Source: Verrucomicrobiota bacterium (lineage in GTDB: Bacteria; Verrucomicrobiota; Verrucomicrobiia; Limisphaerales; AV2). Taken from it: a stretch of DNA of 37,390 nt. A program made the position numbers and the translations under genes. Of the stretch, positions 18,758 through 27,395 are shown one piece after another (position 1 is the stretch's first letter; each line of letters starts with the position of its first letter). The notes beneath the pieces were generated by a model, which ran no database searches, was not told the origin of the DNA, and worked only from the letters and a program-made list of their open reading frames with translations. Location of the stretch: positions 1 through 37,390 of the forward strand of contig QHOP01000091.1 in NCBI GenBank assembly GCA_003219345.1, written 5' to 3'.

Positions 18758-19387
18758 TTACGGAATTTGCTCTTTCTCCCCCGCTTTGGCAAGACGGCGT
18801 TTCTGCCTGGCGAAGTAACGTTGAGCGATGTCACGCATCATGTCGCGCCGGATGATGAACAAGTCCTTCACTGGGCGCATTTCCAGCACCTTCTCGTAAA
18901 ACCGCGCGGAACTGGCGGTGGCCTCGCCCCAGATCATTTCCATCCCGAGCGCGTCCGCGAGGTCGCTGAGACTGAAGAGAATACCAGCTCCCATGCCTGA
19001 AATGGGCTGGTTCGCGAAGGTCAGGCCGGGGCGAACGGCGAGGAAGTCGAGCACGAGATGGTGTCACCAGGTCCGCCGGCAGTAGGCGAGTGCGAGAAAT
19101 TTGTATCGCTTGGCCCATTCGGCGGACGCGACGAGGAGGAAGGCAATCTCTGCGCGTTTGTTGCGTCGGATCGCGGCGCGCAATTCCCCGAGGCTCGAGG
19201 CCGTCGCGCCCTCGCGTGTGTAGTAGAACCAGCGTTTGGCGGCGAGCGCGGCGAACTCGCCTGCGTCCGTCGCCGGTGTCATCTTCCGCCAAGCCCGCAC
19301 GCGCCGGACTTCCGATTCGGGTGCGAACGTCAATTCGACTGGCCGGAATTCGCCTGCTGCTTCGACGTGGAAGACGATGGGCTTCAT
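18758..19387 (-). pseudogene. GNAT-like acetyltransferase-fold gene interrupted by one in-frame TGA (19064-19066)
   Basis: ORFs 19064-19387 (from MKPIVFHVE) and 18758-19054 are in the same frame and are separated only by TGA-CAC-CAT-CTC. The joined protein reads ...KFLALAYCRRTW*HHLVLDFLAVRPGLTFANQPISGMGAGILFSLSDLADALGMEMIWGEATASSARFYEKV. This fits the beta4 / P-loop-like GxGxG / A..FYek signature of the GNAT fold. Confidence 0.5.
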
Positions 19388-19621
19388 GCTTTCGCGTAAA
19401 GCTTGCTGTAAACGTGAAATAAGTCCAACGCGCCGTAGCTGTGCCCGGCGGCGCTGGCGAGCATGGCGTAGCAGGCTTTGTAAGCATGTCCGCACAACCC
19501 CCGTTCCACTTTTCGCAAAAAATGTTCAACCACTGCCAATAAAGGTTTAGTCCGCTTCAACCGGATTGCCGATGCTTTGCGCGACGGTTGAAACGAAAGA
19601 ACACGCAAAAGAATAGTTGTT

Positions 19622-21172
19622 ATGAACATGTTGAAAAGAACCTCGATACACGCCGGCGTTACGGCCTTGGCCGCCGTGTTGCTCGCATTGTCCGCCAGGC
19701 AGTTGTCCGCCGCGGCAAATCAAGCCGCCGCGCCATCCACCGGCGCGAAGCTTGTTGATCCCGACGTTACCGGCGTCGAGACGGCAGTGCTCACGCAGGC
19801 CCCGAATGTGCCGCCGCCGATCACACGAAAAAAGCCCGCCAAGGTCATCGTGACCGTGGAAGTCAGAGAAGTCACGAAGCGCCTGGCCGATGGAGTCGAG
19901 TATGTGTTCTGGACATTCGGCGGCGATGTGCCGGGCAGCTTCATTCGTGTCCGCGAGGGCGACCAGGTGGAATTTCACTTGAACAATCATCAGAACAACA
20001 AGATGCCGCACAACATCGACCTGCACGCGGTCACGGGACCGGGCGGGGGCGCCGCGTCGTCGTTCACCGCCCCGGGGCATTCCTCGCAATTCTCGTTCAA
20101 GGCGCTCAATCCGGGACTCTACCTTTATCACTGCGCGACCGCTCCGGTGGGAATGCACGTCGGCAACGGCATGTATGGTTTGATTCTCGTCGAGCCGAAA
20201 GAAGGTCTGCCACCGGCGGACCGGGAGTATTACGTGATGCAAGGCGAGTTTTACACCACCGGCAAATACGGCGACGAAGGGTTGCAGGGGTTCGACATGA
20301 ACAAGGCCACCGATGAACGACCGACCTACGTTGTCTTCAACGGCGCGGTCGGCTCGCTCGTCGGCGACAAGGCGCTTACCGCAAAAATCGGAGAGAAAAT
20401 TCGTCTGTTCGTCGGCAATGGCGGACCGAACCTCGCTTGCTCGTTCCACGTCATCGGCGAAATCCTCGACACGGTTTATCCGGAGGCCGGCACGCAGCCG
20501 ACGCACAACGTGCAAACGACCGTTATTCCTCCTGGCGGATCGGCGATTGTGGAATTCAAAGTCGAAGTGCCCGGCACGTACATCCTGGTGGATCACGCGT
20601 TGTTTCGCGCGTTCAACAAGGGCGCGCTAGGCATGTTGAGAGTGGATGGTCCGCAAGACCTGCTCGTTTATTCCGGCAAAGAAGTGGACGCCGTGTATCT
20701 CGGCAAAGCGGCGGAGGCGGGTACCGACGCCGAAAAGAAAGTCACGGCGCTGAAGGCGGAGGTTGCGCAGGAAATCAAGAGCAACCCGAAAATTGCCGGG
20801 CTGACGAAAGAAATCCAGATCGAGAAAGGCAAGGGCGTCTATATGCAAACCTGCTTCGTTTGCCACCAGCCCGAAGGCGAGGGTTTGCCCGGCCAGATTC
20901 CGCCGCTGGCCAAGTCTGACTTCCTCGCCAGTCTTGCCAAGGAAGATTACATCCGCGGGGTCTTGCTGGGGCGTAGTGGCCAAATCGTCGTCAACGGCAA
21001 GAGTTACAATGGCGTCATGACGCCGTTGAACTACCTGACGGATGAACAAATCGCCAGTGTGCTGACCTACGTTCGCAGCAGTTGGGGCAACTCCGGCGAC
21101 GCGGTGACGGTGGCGGAAGTCGGCAAATTGCGCAACGAAGTAGGCTCGCCGCCGCCCAATCCATATGAATAG
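19622..21172 (+). CDS. nirK: Copper-containing nitrite reductase NirK with C-terminal class I cytochrome c domain
   Basis: 516 aa with a signal peptide. The type 2 Cu region is [17 protein letters not shown]. The type 1 Cu ligands lie in [20 protein letters not shown]. The C-terminal heme domain has CFVCHQPEG and a distal Met region (NGVMTP). Confidence 0.92.
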   Translation: MNMLKRTSIHAGVTALAAVLLALSARQLSAAANQAAAPSTGAKLVDPDVTGVETAVLTQAPNVPPPITRKKPAKVIVTVEVREVTKRLADGVEYVFWTFGGDVPGSFIRVREGDQVEFHLNNHQNNKMPHNIDLHAVTGPGGGAASSFTAPGHSSQFSFKALNPGLYLYHCATAPVGMHVGNGMYGLILVEPKEGLPPADREYYVMQGEFYTTGKYGDEGLQGFDMNKATDERPTYVVFNGAVGSLVGDKALTAKIGEKIRLFVGNGGPNLACSFHVIGEILDTVYPEAGTQPTHNVQTTVIPPGGSAIVEFKVEVPGTYILVDHALFRAFNKGALGMLRVDGPQDLLVYSGKEVDAVYLGKAAEAGTDAEKKVTALKAEVAQEIKSNPKIAGLTKEIQIEKGKGVYMQTCFVCHQPEGEGLPGQIPPLAKSDFLASLAKEDYIRGVLLGRSGQIVVNGKSYNGVMTPLNYLTDEQIASVLTYVRSSWGNSGDAVTVAEVGKLRNEVGSPPPNPYE

Positions 21173-22049
21173 ACGCGCAATTAAATCCGAAGCGCCGCGT
21201 GGCCGCCAACTGACTTGGAAAAGGCGAAAAGTGAACACTCGAAGGCGCCTTTCCATCACTGCGCTGCTCCTGCTGGCCGGCGGAGCGCTTCAGGGTTTAG
21301 GGCAAAAGCTGCCCGGTCCCGCGTTGTCGGGCAAACCCCCTGTCGGCATGGCTCTGATTTCCGACGGCGTATATCAACCGTTATTTCGCGCGGAAAACGA
21401 TCCGAAGGAAATTCCGGTCTCAGCGGTTTATCTCGATGTGTATCCGGTCACCAACGGCGACTTCATCGAATTCGTCCGTGCGAACCCGCGTTGGCGTCGC
21501 TCGCAAGTGAAACGAATCTTCGCCGATGAATCGTATCTGAAAAATTGGTCGGACGATCTCGACCTTGGCGCGAACGCCTCCGCAAACGCGCCGGTGACTT
21601 TTGTGTCGTGGTTCGCCGCGAAAGCCTACGCGCAATGGAAAGGTAAACGTTTGCCGACCGTGGCCGAATGGGAATACGCTGCGTCTGCGAGCCCCACGCG
21701 GCCCGACGGCGAGAACGACGGCGAATTCAAACGTCAGGTGCTTGAATGGTACTCCACCCCGGCCTCGGCGCAGCTTGCGCCGGTCGGTTCCAGTCACGCG
21801 AATTTCTGGGGAATTCATGACTTGCACGGATTGGTGTGGGAGTGGGTCGCCGATTTCAACACGGCGATGGTGACCGGCGACGCGCGCGGCGACACCGGGC
21901 TGGAACGCGATTTGTTCTGCGGAAGCGGGTCGCAGGGCGTGAAGGACACAGACAATTTCCCCGCCTTCATGCGCTACGGCTTCCGCAGCAGCCTCAAGGC
22001 CGATTACTGCGTTCACAATCTTGGCTTTCGTTGCGCCGAAGATTTATGA
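21165..22049 (+). CDS. nirV: Formylglycine-generating-enzyme (SUMF1) family protein, NirV-like
   Basis: 294 aa. It shows FGE-sulfatase-type motifs ([71 protein letters not shown]). It lies immediately downstream of nirK, as nirV does in Rhodobacter. The start is uncertain: ATG 21165 (8-nt overlap with nirK) or GTG 21231, which precedes a signal-like segment. Confidence 0.8.
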   Translation: MNRRAIKSEAPRGRQLTWKRRKVNTRRRLSITALLLLAGGALQGLGQKLPGPALSGKPPVGMALISDGVYQPLFRAENDPKEIPVSAVYLDVYPVTNGDFIEFVRANPRWRRSQVKRIFADESYLKNWSDDLDLGANASANAPVTFVSWFAAKAYAQWKGKRLPTVAEWEYAASASPTRPDGENDGEFKRQVLEWYSTPASAQLAPVGSSHANFWGIHDLHGLVWEWVADFNTAMVTGDARGDTGLERDLFCGSGSQGVKDTDNFPAFMRYGFRSSLKADYCVHNLGFRCAEDL

Positions 22050-22582
22050 AACTGCGCCTGGCCATGTTCTTCGTCGCGCTGGCAGCCACGGGTCTCGCCG
22101 GCTGTGCGACGCACTTGCCCGGCCACGCGGCCAAAACTTCGTGTTGCGCTAAAGCGGAACCGCCGACGCCGTTCACCGACAAATCGCTCTATCAACTCGA
22201 CTCGCTGTGGACGACCGATGAGAATAGGCAAATCAAATTAAGCGAACTGAGCGGGCGCCCGCAGATCGTCGCAATGTTCTTCGCTAACTGCCAGATCGCC
22301 TGCCCGATCATCGTGAACGATATGAAACGCATTGAAGCCGCGTTACCCGCGGACGTGCGCGCACGAGTCGGCGTCGCTCTCGTCTCCTTCGACGGCAAAC
22401 GCGACACGCCCGCCGCGCTGGCTGATTACCGACACACGCGCCACCTGCCGGCGGAACGCTGGACGCTCCTGCGCGGAAGGCCGGACGACGTGCTGGAATT
22501 GGCGGCGTTGCTTGGCATCAAATACAAAGAGGACGCTCGTGGCCAGTTCGCGCACTCGAACGTCATCACCATCCTGAAATAG
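22046..22582 (+). CDS. SCO1/SenC-family thioredoxin-fold copper chaperone (lipoprotein)
   Basis: About 178 aa from the ATG at 22046, which overlaps the nirV stop (ATGA). The lipobox is LAATGLAGC, the CxxxC copper motif is FFANCQIACP, and a conserved His lies in QFAHSNVITIL. Confidence 0.85.
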   Translation: MKLRLAMFFVALAATGLAGCATHLPGHAAKTSCCAKAEPPTPFTDKSLYQLDSLWTTDENRQIKLSELSGRPQIVAMFFANCQIACPIIVNDMKRIEAALPADVRARVGVALVSFDGKRDTPAALADYRHTRHLPAERWTLLRGRPDDVLELAALLGIKYKEDARGQFAHSNVITILK

Positions 22583-22637
22583 TCATACCGCTGCTGGGCC
22601 AATTCGATCGGTTCGACATGAGCGTGGAACGTCCGCG

Positions 22638-23543
22638 TCAACCCGTCGCCGCTTGTTTGCGAAATTCCCGCGGTGACACTCCGACCAGGTTCTTGAAGAC
22701 AGGGTTGAAATGCGTGAGCGATTGAAAACCCGCTTCAAAGGCGAGTTCGCTGACACGCACGTTGGGGTCGAGCAACGACTTCTTGGCCCGCTCCAAACGC
22801 ACGCGCGAGAGGTATTCGCTGAATTTGATACCGGTCGCCTTCTTGAACAGTTTGCAGAAGTAGAACGTGCTGAGGTTCAGCGCCCGCGCCGTTTGGCCAA
22901 GGGAAAGGTCCGTGGCGCAATTGGCTTCGATGTAAGCCCTGGCACGCGTGATCAGAGGCGGTTCGGTGCTCCGCGCTTGCACGACGGCATGGTTGCTCAC
23001 GATGGCAAGGTGTTTGGCGAAGATGCCCAGGAGCTTCACTGCGGCGGCGTATTGTTTGTCGGTCAACGACGGCGGTTGCGCCGCCCAGCCTTCGTCCTTC
23101 GCACTCGCTCGGGGCACCCCGCGCGACGCGTCCTTTTTTCGTGAAGCCGCTGCCGGAACCTGGTCCCGGACTCGGCCAACCATTTGCAGGATGCCTACCA
23201 GGTGTCGGCCCAGCGCGAGTGGGATGGCCGCGCCGCAGTGACACGGTTCGCCCGCGACAATCGGTCCCCGGATTGGCAAGTGCATCGCGATTCGTTTCTC
23301 CGTGCGCCGGCAGCACACACAGGAGCATTTTTTTCTTCCGGGCAATCTGCAAAGCGGATTGGACTCGCTGGAAGCGCCGCCCGGCAAAGGCCACGAATCC
23401 GTAGGCCGCAGCTTAATCCCCATACCTGTGAGGTCTTTGAAAGCGCGTCTGTAATCGCGGAAGATTTTGGAACCGAGCAGCGCTCCAATCACCGTATTGC
23501 CTATCGACGGCGGGTTGGAAGGTATGGGCGCAACCGTCTTCAC
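22638..23543 (-). CDS. AraC-family transcriptional regulator with PocR-type sensory domain (copy 2)
   Basis: 301 aa and a paralog of 16762-17646. Motifs are NPLCRLPGRKKCSCVCC...PCHCGAAIPLALGRHLVGILQ and the AraC HTH STFYFCKLFKKATGIKFSEYLSRVRLERAK...VSELAFEAGFQSLTHFNPVFKNLVGVSPREFR. It is divergent from the heme-porin operon. Confidence 0.85.
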   Translation of the reverse strand: MKTVAPIPSNPPSIGNTVIGALLGSKIFRDYRRAFKDLTGMGIKLRPTDSWPLPGGASSESNPLCRLPGRKKCSCVCCRRTEKRIAMHLPIRGPIVAGEPCHCGAAIPLALGRHLVGILQMVGRVRDQVPAAASRKKDASRGVPRASAKDEGWAAQPPSLTDKQYAAAVKLLGIFAKHLAIVSNHAVVQARSTEPPLITRARAYIEANCATDLSLGQTARALNLSTFYFCKLFKKATGIKFSEYLSRVRLERAKKSLLDPNVRVSELAFEAGFQSLTHFNPVFKNLVGVSPREFRKQAATG

Positions 23544-23629
23544 GCCGTATATTTGGCATCTTATCGGCCGGCGTGCTCACCATTGGTTGCCAAAAACAAG
23601 CACTGTTAGCAGACGAGAACCGGCTTCAA

Positions 23630-23769
23630 CCATTCGCTGCAATAGGCGATGGCAAAAAAGGGTGAGTTATTGGCAATAGAGGTGGAGCAGTTCCCTGTCA
23701 TTCATGGTATCCAAACAAAATCCTGATGACGTTCCGATGGTCAAAAACTAGCGCGGTCGCGCGAAGTTA
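23630..23769 (+). repeat. Conserved ~140-bp leader/regulatory element, copy 1 (upstream of the heme-porin operon)
   Basis: It is near-identical to 30594-30732 (about 9 differences by eye). The 66-nt perfect core is AGTTATTGGCAATAGAGGTGGAGCAGTTCCCTGTCATTCATGGTATCCAAACAAAATCCTGATGAC. It contains the inverted repeat TATTG-G-CAATA and a 5' hairpin CCATTCGC...GCGATGG. An ATG follows 8 nt downstream. Confidence 0.9.
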
Positions 23770-23889
23770 AAAAGTTATGAAAAGCCATTCGCAACATCGG
23801 ACCTTCTCCCAAGTGTGTTCGTGTTTTGCCGGGCTGGCTTTTCAGGGTTCCCAAGAAAGCAAGCACTCCAACCAACAGAAGGGACAACA

Positions 23890-25188
23890 ATGAAGAACAC
23901 ACCAAGACTCATGCCGCTTGGCCTGGCTGTGATCACAAGCGCCCTGGCGATGGTGCCGATCAACGGCTGGGCCATCGCCAACTGGGCCAGGAAGTACAAC
24001 GTGGATTGCGCCACGTGTCACTCGCCAGCCGTGCCGCGATTGAATGAGTTCGGACACCAGTTCCGCAAAATGGGCTACCGGATGGATACGGAAATCCAGG
24101 CCGGCAAGCCGGAAGCCTACAAGGAAATTGGGAATTTTCTGTCCGTGCGGTTTCGCACCGGCTACGCGGCCGAGCGTTTCAGCGACCTGCAAACGGCCGG
24201 CAGTGGGTTTAACTCGTTCCGCACCCGCAACGGTTTCAGGGCGCCCGATGTCACTGTGTTTTACTCAGGTGCGTTGACGAAGAATCTGTCGCTGTTTACA
24301 GAAATTGAAGTCGCGGACGTCGATGAAACCGAGCTACAGGTGTTCGGCGAGTGGTTTAGTGGCAACCCGGACCATTACTTCACCGCGCGCATTGGACAAA
24401 TGCACACGTTGTCCCGTATTGGCTGGGCGGGGTTTGATCGTCCGACCGGCATAACCACGCCCGATGCGCTTGCTGCGGCAAAGTTGACCACCAGTCCGGT
24501 GTCGTTCAGCGTTGGCGCAGACCAACGAGGTGTGGATTTGGCTTATTCGTTTACGCCGGAGAGCCGCGCGATTGTCGGCGTTTACAATGGCGTGAACCAG
24601 CAGGGGTCAGGAATTGCGGGCAACGGCGCCGGATTTGGCGACAATGACAACGCCAAAGACGTGCTGGTGGCCTTTGAACAGATGTTAGGTGAATCTGGAT
24701 TCACACTGTTCGGATATTACGGAACGTGGGATCAGGCGGCGGGCACGGTAGTGAACGGAGTTCCTTTGCCAGACAACAACAAGTTCACCGAGTTCAACTT
24801 TCTTCGTGCCGGCGCGACTGCCTCCTGGGTGTTTAACCTGTTTGACCCGAAGACGGTCGGCAGTAGTGAATTGCAAGCGGGCTATATGTTCGCCAAAGAC
24901 TTTTACCCCAAGTCCTATCCGGTCGGCCCTACGTTCAACGGCAAAGACCGGAACGGCCAGGCGTTCTGGATCGGAGTCGAGCAACGTCTGCCGCACAGTT
25001 CAGCGGTGTTCTACCGCTACGATCACGTATCGCGAAGCAACGAGGCCAGTGGGGGTGAACGACAGCGTCATGCCCTTGGAGCGGTTTACACGTATGAACA
25101 ATATCTGAGGCTATCTCTGGAGGGATTCTGCTACGACCAGAACTCCGACTCCTTTGGCGGTCTTCTGCAAGCGATGTTCAATTACTAA
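23890..25188 (+). CDS. Outer-membrane beta-barrel protein with N-terminal monoheme CxxCH motif (fused cytochrome-porin, Cyc2-like architecture)
   Basis: About 432 aa from the ATG at 23890. It has a signal peptide (LGLAVITSALAMVPINGWA) and a single heme motif right after it (WARKYNVDCATCHSPAVPRLNEFGHQFRKMGY). The remaining ~380 aa show alternating, Gly/aromatic-rich beta-strand composition and end in an aromatic residue (LLQAMFNY), as OM barrels do. Confidence 0.7.
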   Translation: MKNTPRLMPLGLAVITSALAMVPINGWAIANWARKYNVDCATCHSPAVPRLNEFGHQFRKMGYRMDTEIQAGKPEAYKEIGNFLSVRFRTGYAAERFSDLQTAGSGFNSFRTRNGFRAPDVTVFYSGALTKNLSLFTEIEVADVDETELQVFGEWFSGNPDHYFTARIGQMHTLSRIGWAGFDRPTGITTPDALAAAKLTTSPVSFSVGADQRGVDLAYSFTPESRAIVGVYNGVNQQGSGIAGNGAGFGDNDNAKDVLVAFEQMLGESGFTLFGYYGTWDQAAGTVVNGVPLPDNNKFTEFNFLRAGATASWVFNLFDPKTVGSSELQAGYMFAKDFYPKSYPVGPTFNGKDRNGQAFWIGVEQRLPHSSAVFYRYDHVSRSNEASGGERQRHALGAVYTYEQYLRLSLEGFCYDQNSDSFGGLLQAMFNY

Positions 25189-25203
25189 CAGAAGGGTGGA
25201 TGA

Positions 25204-26331
25204 ATGAAGGCGCACCCCTGTAAAGGACGGGACCTCCTCCTGCGCCGTGCCTTTACAGGGGTGAGGTCTTGGTTGCGAAACGAATTACGAAGGACTCGCG
25301 AATTGAGTCCGACAGCAACCGCATCAACCTTTTGGGCCTCATTAGGAGTTCTGTTTTTTTATTCCACGGGCGTGTTTTCCGCTGTGGCTGAGGATACTGC
25401 ACGGTATCGCTTTGAAGAAGGCGAACCGCTGACGTACAAAACGGAGGTTGGCGTTACCAACGAAAGTCTCGTCGCCACGCGTTTCTATGATCAGTCGGAC
25501 AAGTCCCGCCACAATGAATCACTGGCATTGACCATGAATTACCAACTGATGCCCATCGTGCAGCAGGGAGATGGTCTCTGGAAGATGCGGCTGCTGTTGA
25601 ATCAGGTGGAACAAATTGTCAACCGCGACGGTTATGTCCAGAAGAAGACCCTCGATCGCGCAGCACTTCAAGCGACGAGTTCGAAACCGGGCCTGATACC
25701 TGCCAGAGAAGTCCACGGCCCGGAGGATCTCTTCGACGAACCCCTGCTGGTTTGGATCAAGTCCAATGGCATTCTGCAAAAGTTCGAAGACAGAACCGAA
25801 CTCCAGCAGGTCATACCCGGGATCAACTTGAAAGAATGCATTGAATTGGTGCTGCCGCCGCTGCTGGTTTCAGATTTGCAGGAAGGGACTCAATGGACAC
25901 GAGACGTTCCTGTCGATCTACCGGCGACCCCGATCGAAGGCCATCAACCGGAACCGATGACGCTGAAGCTCGATTATGCTGTTCGAAAGATTGAATCAAT
26001 TGACGGCCGACGTTGCGCCCGGATCGCTTTGAAGGGGCGATTTGTGCGCGATGGTTTGTCGATACCGATTCGACAGGAGGAGATGAAATATTTGATCTGG
26101 ACTACATCTATCACAAGGGTTGCCGATCAGGTGGAAGGGGAGTTTATTTTTGATTTGAGCAAAAGAACTATGCGAACCTCGGAGATAACAAGCGTCTACA
26201 ACTACGCCACCCTGGCGGGCAGAAAGCAGGACAAGTATCGCGGCAGGATTACTTCCGAAAACGAGATTCGAACGCGGCTGGTAAGCAGGCTTGTATCCGA
26301 GCCGATGGCTATTTCTTTCAGCGATGAATGA
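25204..26331 (+). CDS. Hypothetical exported protein, co-oriented directly after the heme-porin
   Basis: 375-aa ORF beginning 16 nt after the porin stop. It has a signal-like hydrophobic segment (FWASLGVLFFYSTGVFSAVA). No motif is recognised and the start is uncertain. Confidence 0.5.
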   Translation: MKAHPCKGRDLLLRRAFTGVRSWLRNELRRTRELSPTATASTFWASLGVLFFYSTGVFSAVAEDTARYRFEEGEPLTYKTEVGVTNESLVATRFYDQSDKSRHNESLALTMNYQLMPIVQQGDGLWKMRLLLNQVEQIVNRDGYVQKKTLDRAALQATSSKPGLIPAREVHGPEDLFDEPLLVWIKSNGILQKFEDRTELQQVIPGINLKECIELVLPPLLVSDLQEGTQWTRDVPVDLPATPIEGHQPEPMTLKLDYAVRKIESIDGRRCARIALKGRFVRDGLSIPIRQEEMKYLIWTTSITRVADQVEGEFIFDLSKRTMRTSEITSVYNYATLAGRKQDKYRGRITSENEIRTRLVSRLVSEPMAISFSDE

Positions 26332-26462
26332 GTTTCACAGAACGCTTTGAACGCGCCTCAAACAGAAGAGAAGACTCTGTGGCTTTGCTCGACCGATCAA
26401 AACGGGTTTTCAAGTCAACATTTTTATGCTCCAAAAAGCTGTAGATCGAGAATAAGCGCGCT

Positions 26463-26789
26463 ATGAAAAAACCAATCCTGCTCGCGGTCGCCGTGTTCAT
26501 CGCCGCCATGACATCGGGCCGCGCGGCCGACGCCAAAGAAAACTGGGAAAAGAACTGTCTAAAATGCCACGGCGCGGACGGCAAGGGCTACACCAAACTG
26601 GGGAAGAAGGCCGGGGTAAAGGACCTTACCGATCCCAAAGTACAGGCCGGCTTCACCGACGAAAAAGCGTTCAAGGCCATCAAGGAAGGCGTCAAAGACG
26701 GCGACAAAGTAAAGATGATGCCAGCGGAAAAGCTAACCGACGACGAGATTAAAGCGCTCGTAGCATTCGTTCGCGGATTGAAGAAGTGA
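26463..26789 (+). CDS. Small soluble class I c-type cytochrome
   Basis: 108 aa. It has a signal peptide (MKKPILLAVAVFIAAMTSGRAADA), the heme motif CLKCHGADGKG and a Met ligand candidate in KVKMMPA. Confidence 0.85.
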   Translation: MKKPILLAVAVFIAAMTSGRAADAKENWEKNCLKCHGADGKGYTKLGKKAGVKDLTDPKVQAGFTDEKAFKAIKEGVKDGDKVKMMPAEKLTDDEIKALVAFVRGLKK

Positions 26790-26924
26790 ATTGACCCAGG
26801 CGGTCCGCTGGCTCGCGGATGGACAACGCATCGCGGATGGGCGGCACAAGGCCGGCGTATCGCAGACGTTCTAGCCCGTTTGATTGAACAGATGAACTGC
26901 TGATTCCTCTCGAGAGCGCGAATA

Positions 26925-27395
26925 ATGCCTGAGAACACATCCAACCAGAAATCTACACGCCGAAGTTTTTTGGACCTTGTCCTGGGCGCGAGCAGCGTGG
27001 CTTGCTTGGGAAGCATTTTGTACCCCGTGATTCGCTACCTCAAACCCCTCCCTCGCGCCGGTGGAGTCGGTCCGACTCGCCTGACACCAGAAGAATTGGC
27101 CAAATTGGAGAAGGAACATTTTGTCATTGTCCCGGTGAGCGGCAAGCGGGTTCTGATACTCCAGAACGCCGCTCAGGAAATCCTGGCTGTTGACGCGAAA
27201 TGCACCCATGAAGGTTGCACCGTCCAGTATTTGCCCGGTGAATCAGTCATCTGGTGTGCCTGTCACAATGCTCGATTTGACTTGGACGGCCGCGTATTGT
27301 CCGGACCACCGCCACGGCCCCTTCCGAAGTACGCCGCGGAGCGTCAGGAAGACGGAGGAATTTTGATTGTCGCGGAGAGGAGGCAGAGTGAGTGA
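26925..27395 (+). CDS. Rieske [2Fe-2S] subunit of a cytochrome bc-type complex
   Basis: 156 aa. It has a Tat-type N-terminus (STRRSFLDLVLGASS) and Rieske boxes CTHEGC and CACHNARF. Confidence 0.9.
   Translation: MPENTSNQKSTRRSFLDLVLGASSVACLGSILYPVIRYLKPLPRAGGVGPTRLTPEELAKLEKEHFVIVPVSGKRVLILQNAAQEILAVDAKCTHEGCTVQYLPGESVIWCACHNARFDLDGRVLSGPPPRPLPKYAAERQEDGGILIVAERRQSE

Noticed and set aside
19064-19066. The in-frame TGA in the GNAT-like gene read as a selenocysteine codon.
   Set aside because: I see no convincing SECIS-like hairpin directly downstream. The position is inside a structural beta-strand, not a redox motif. TGA is used as an ordinary stop by neighbouring genes. A nonsense mutation or sequencing error is more parsimonious.
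19547-20596. Long antisense ORFs opposite confident genes. Examples are 19547-20596(-) versus nirK, 15619-16560(+) versus the histidine kinase, 27247-28395(-) versus cytochrome b, 10798-11745(-) versus the secreted protein, 4892-5689(+) versus pilT, 3073-3798(+) versus pilB and 5791-6423(+).
   Set aside because: These are typical high-GC shadow ORFs. They are Arg/Gly/His/Pro-rich and low in complexity, show no recognisable motifs, and are fully embedded in genes with strong family signatures on the other strand.
23671-23690. A sigma-54 or sigma-70 promoter reading of TTGGCAATAGAGGTGGAGCAG inside the conserved leader.
   Set aside because: The -12 element (TTGC) is missing at the required spacing. 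No acceptable -10 hexamer lies 16-18 nt after TTGGCA. I therefore report the element only as conserved and not as a defined promoter.
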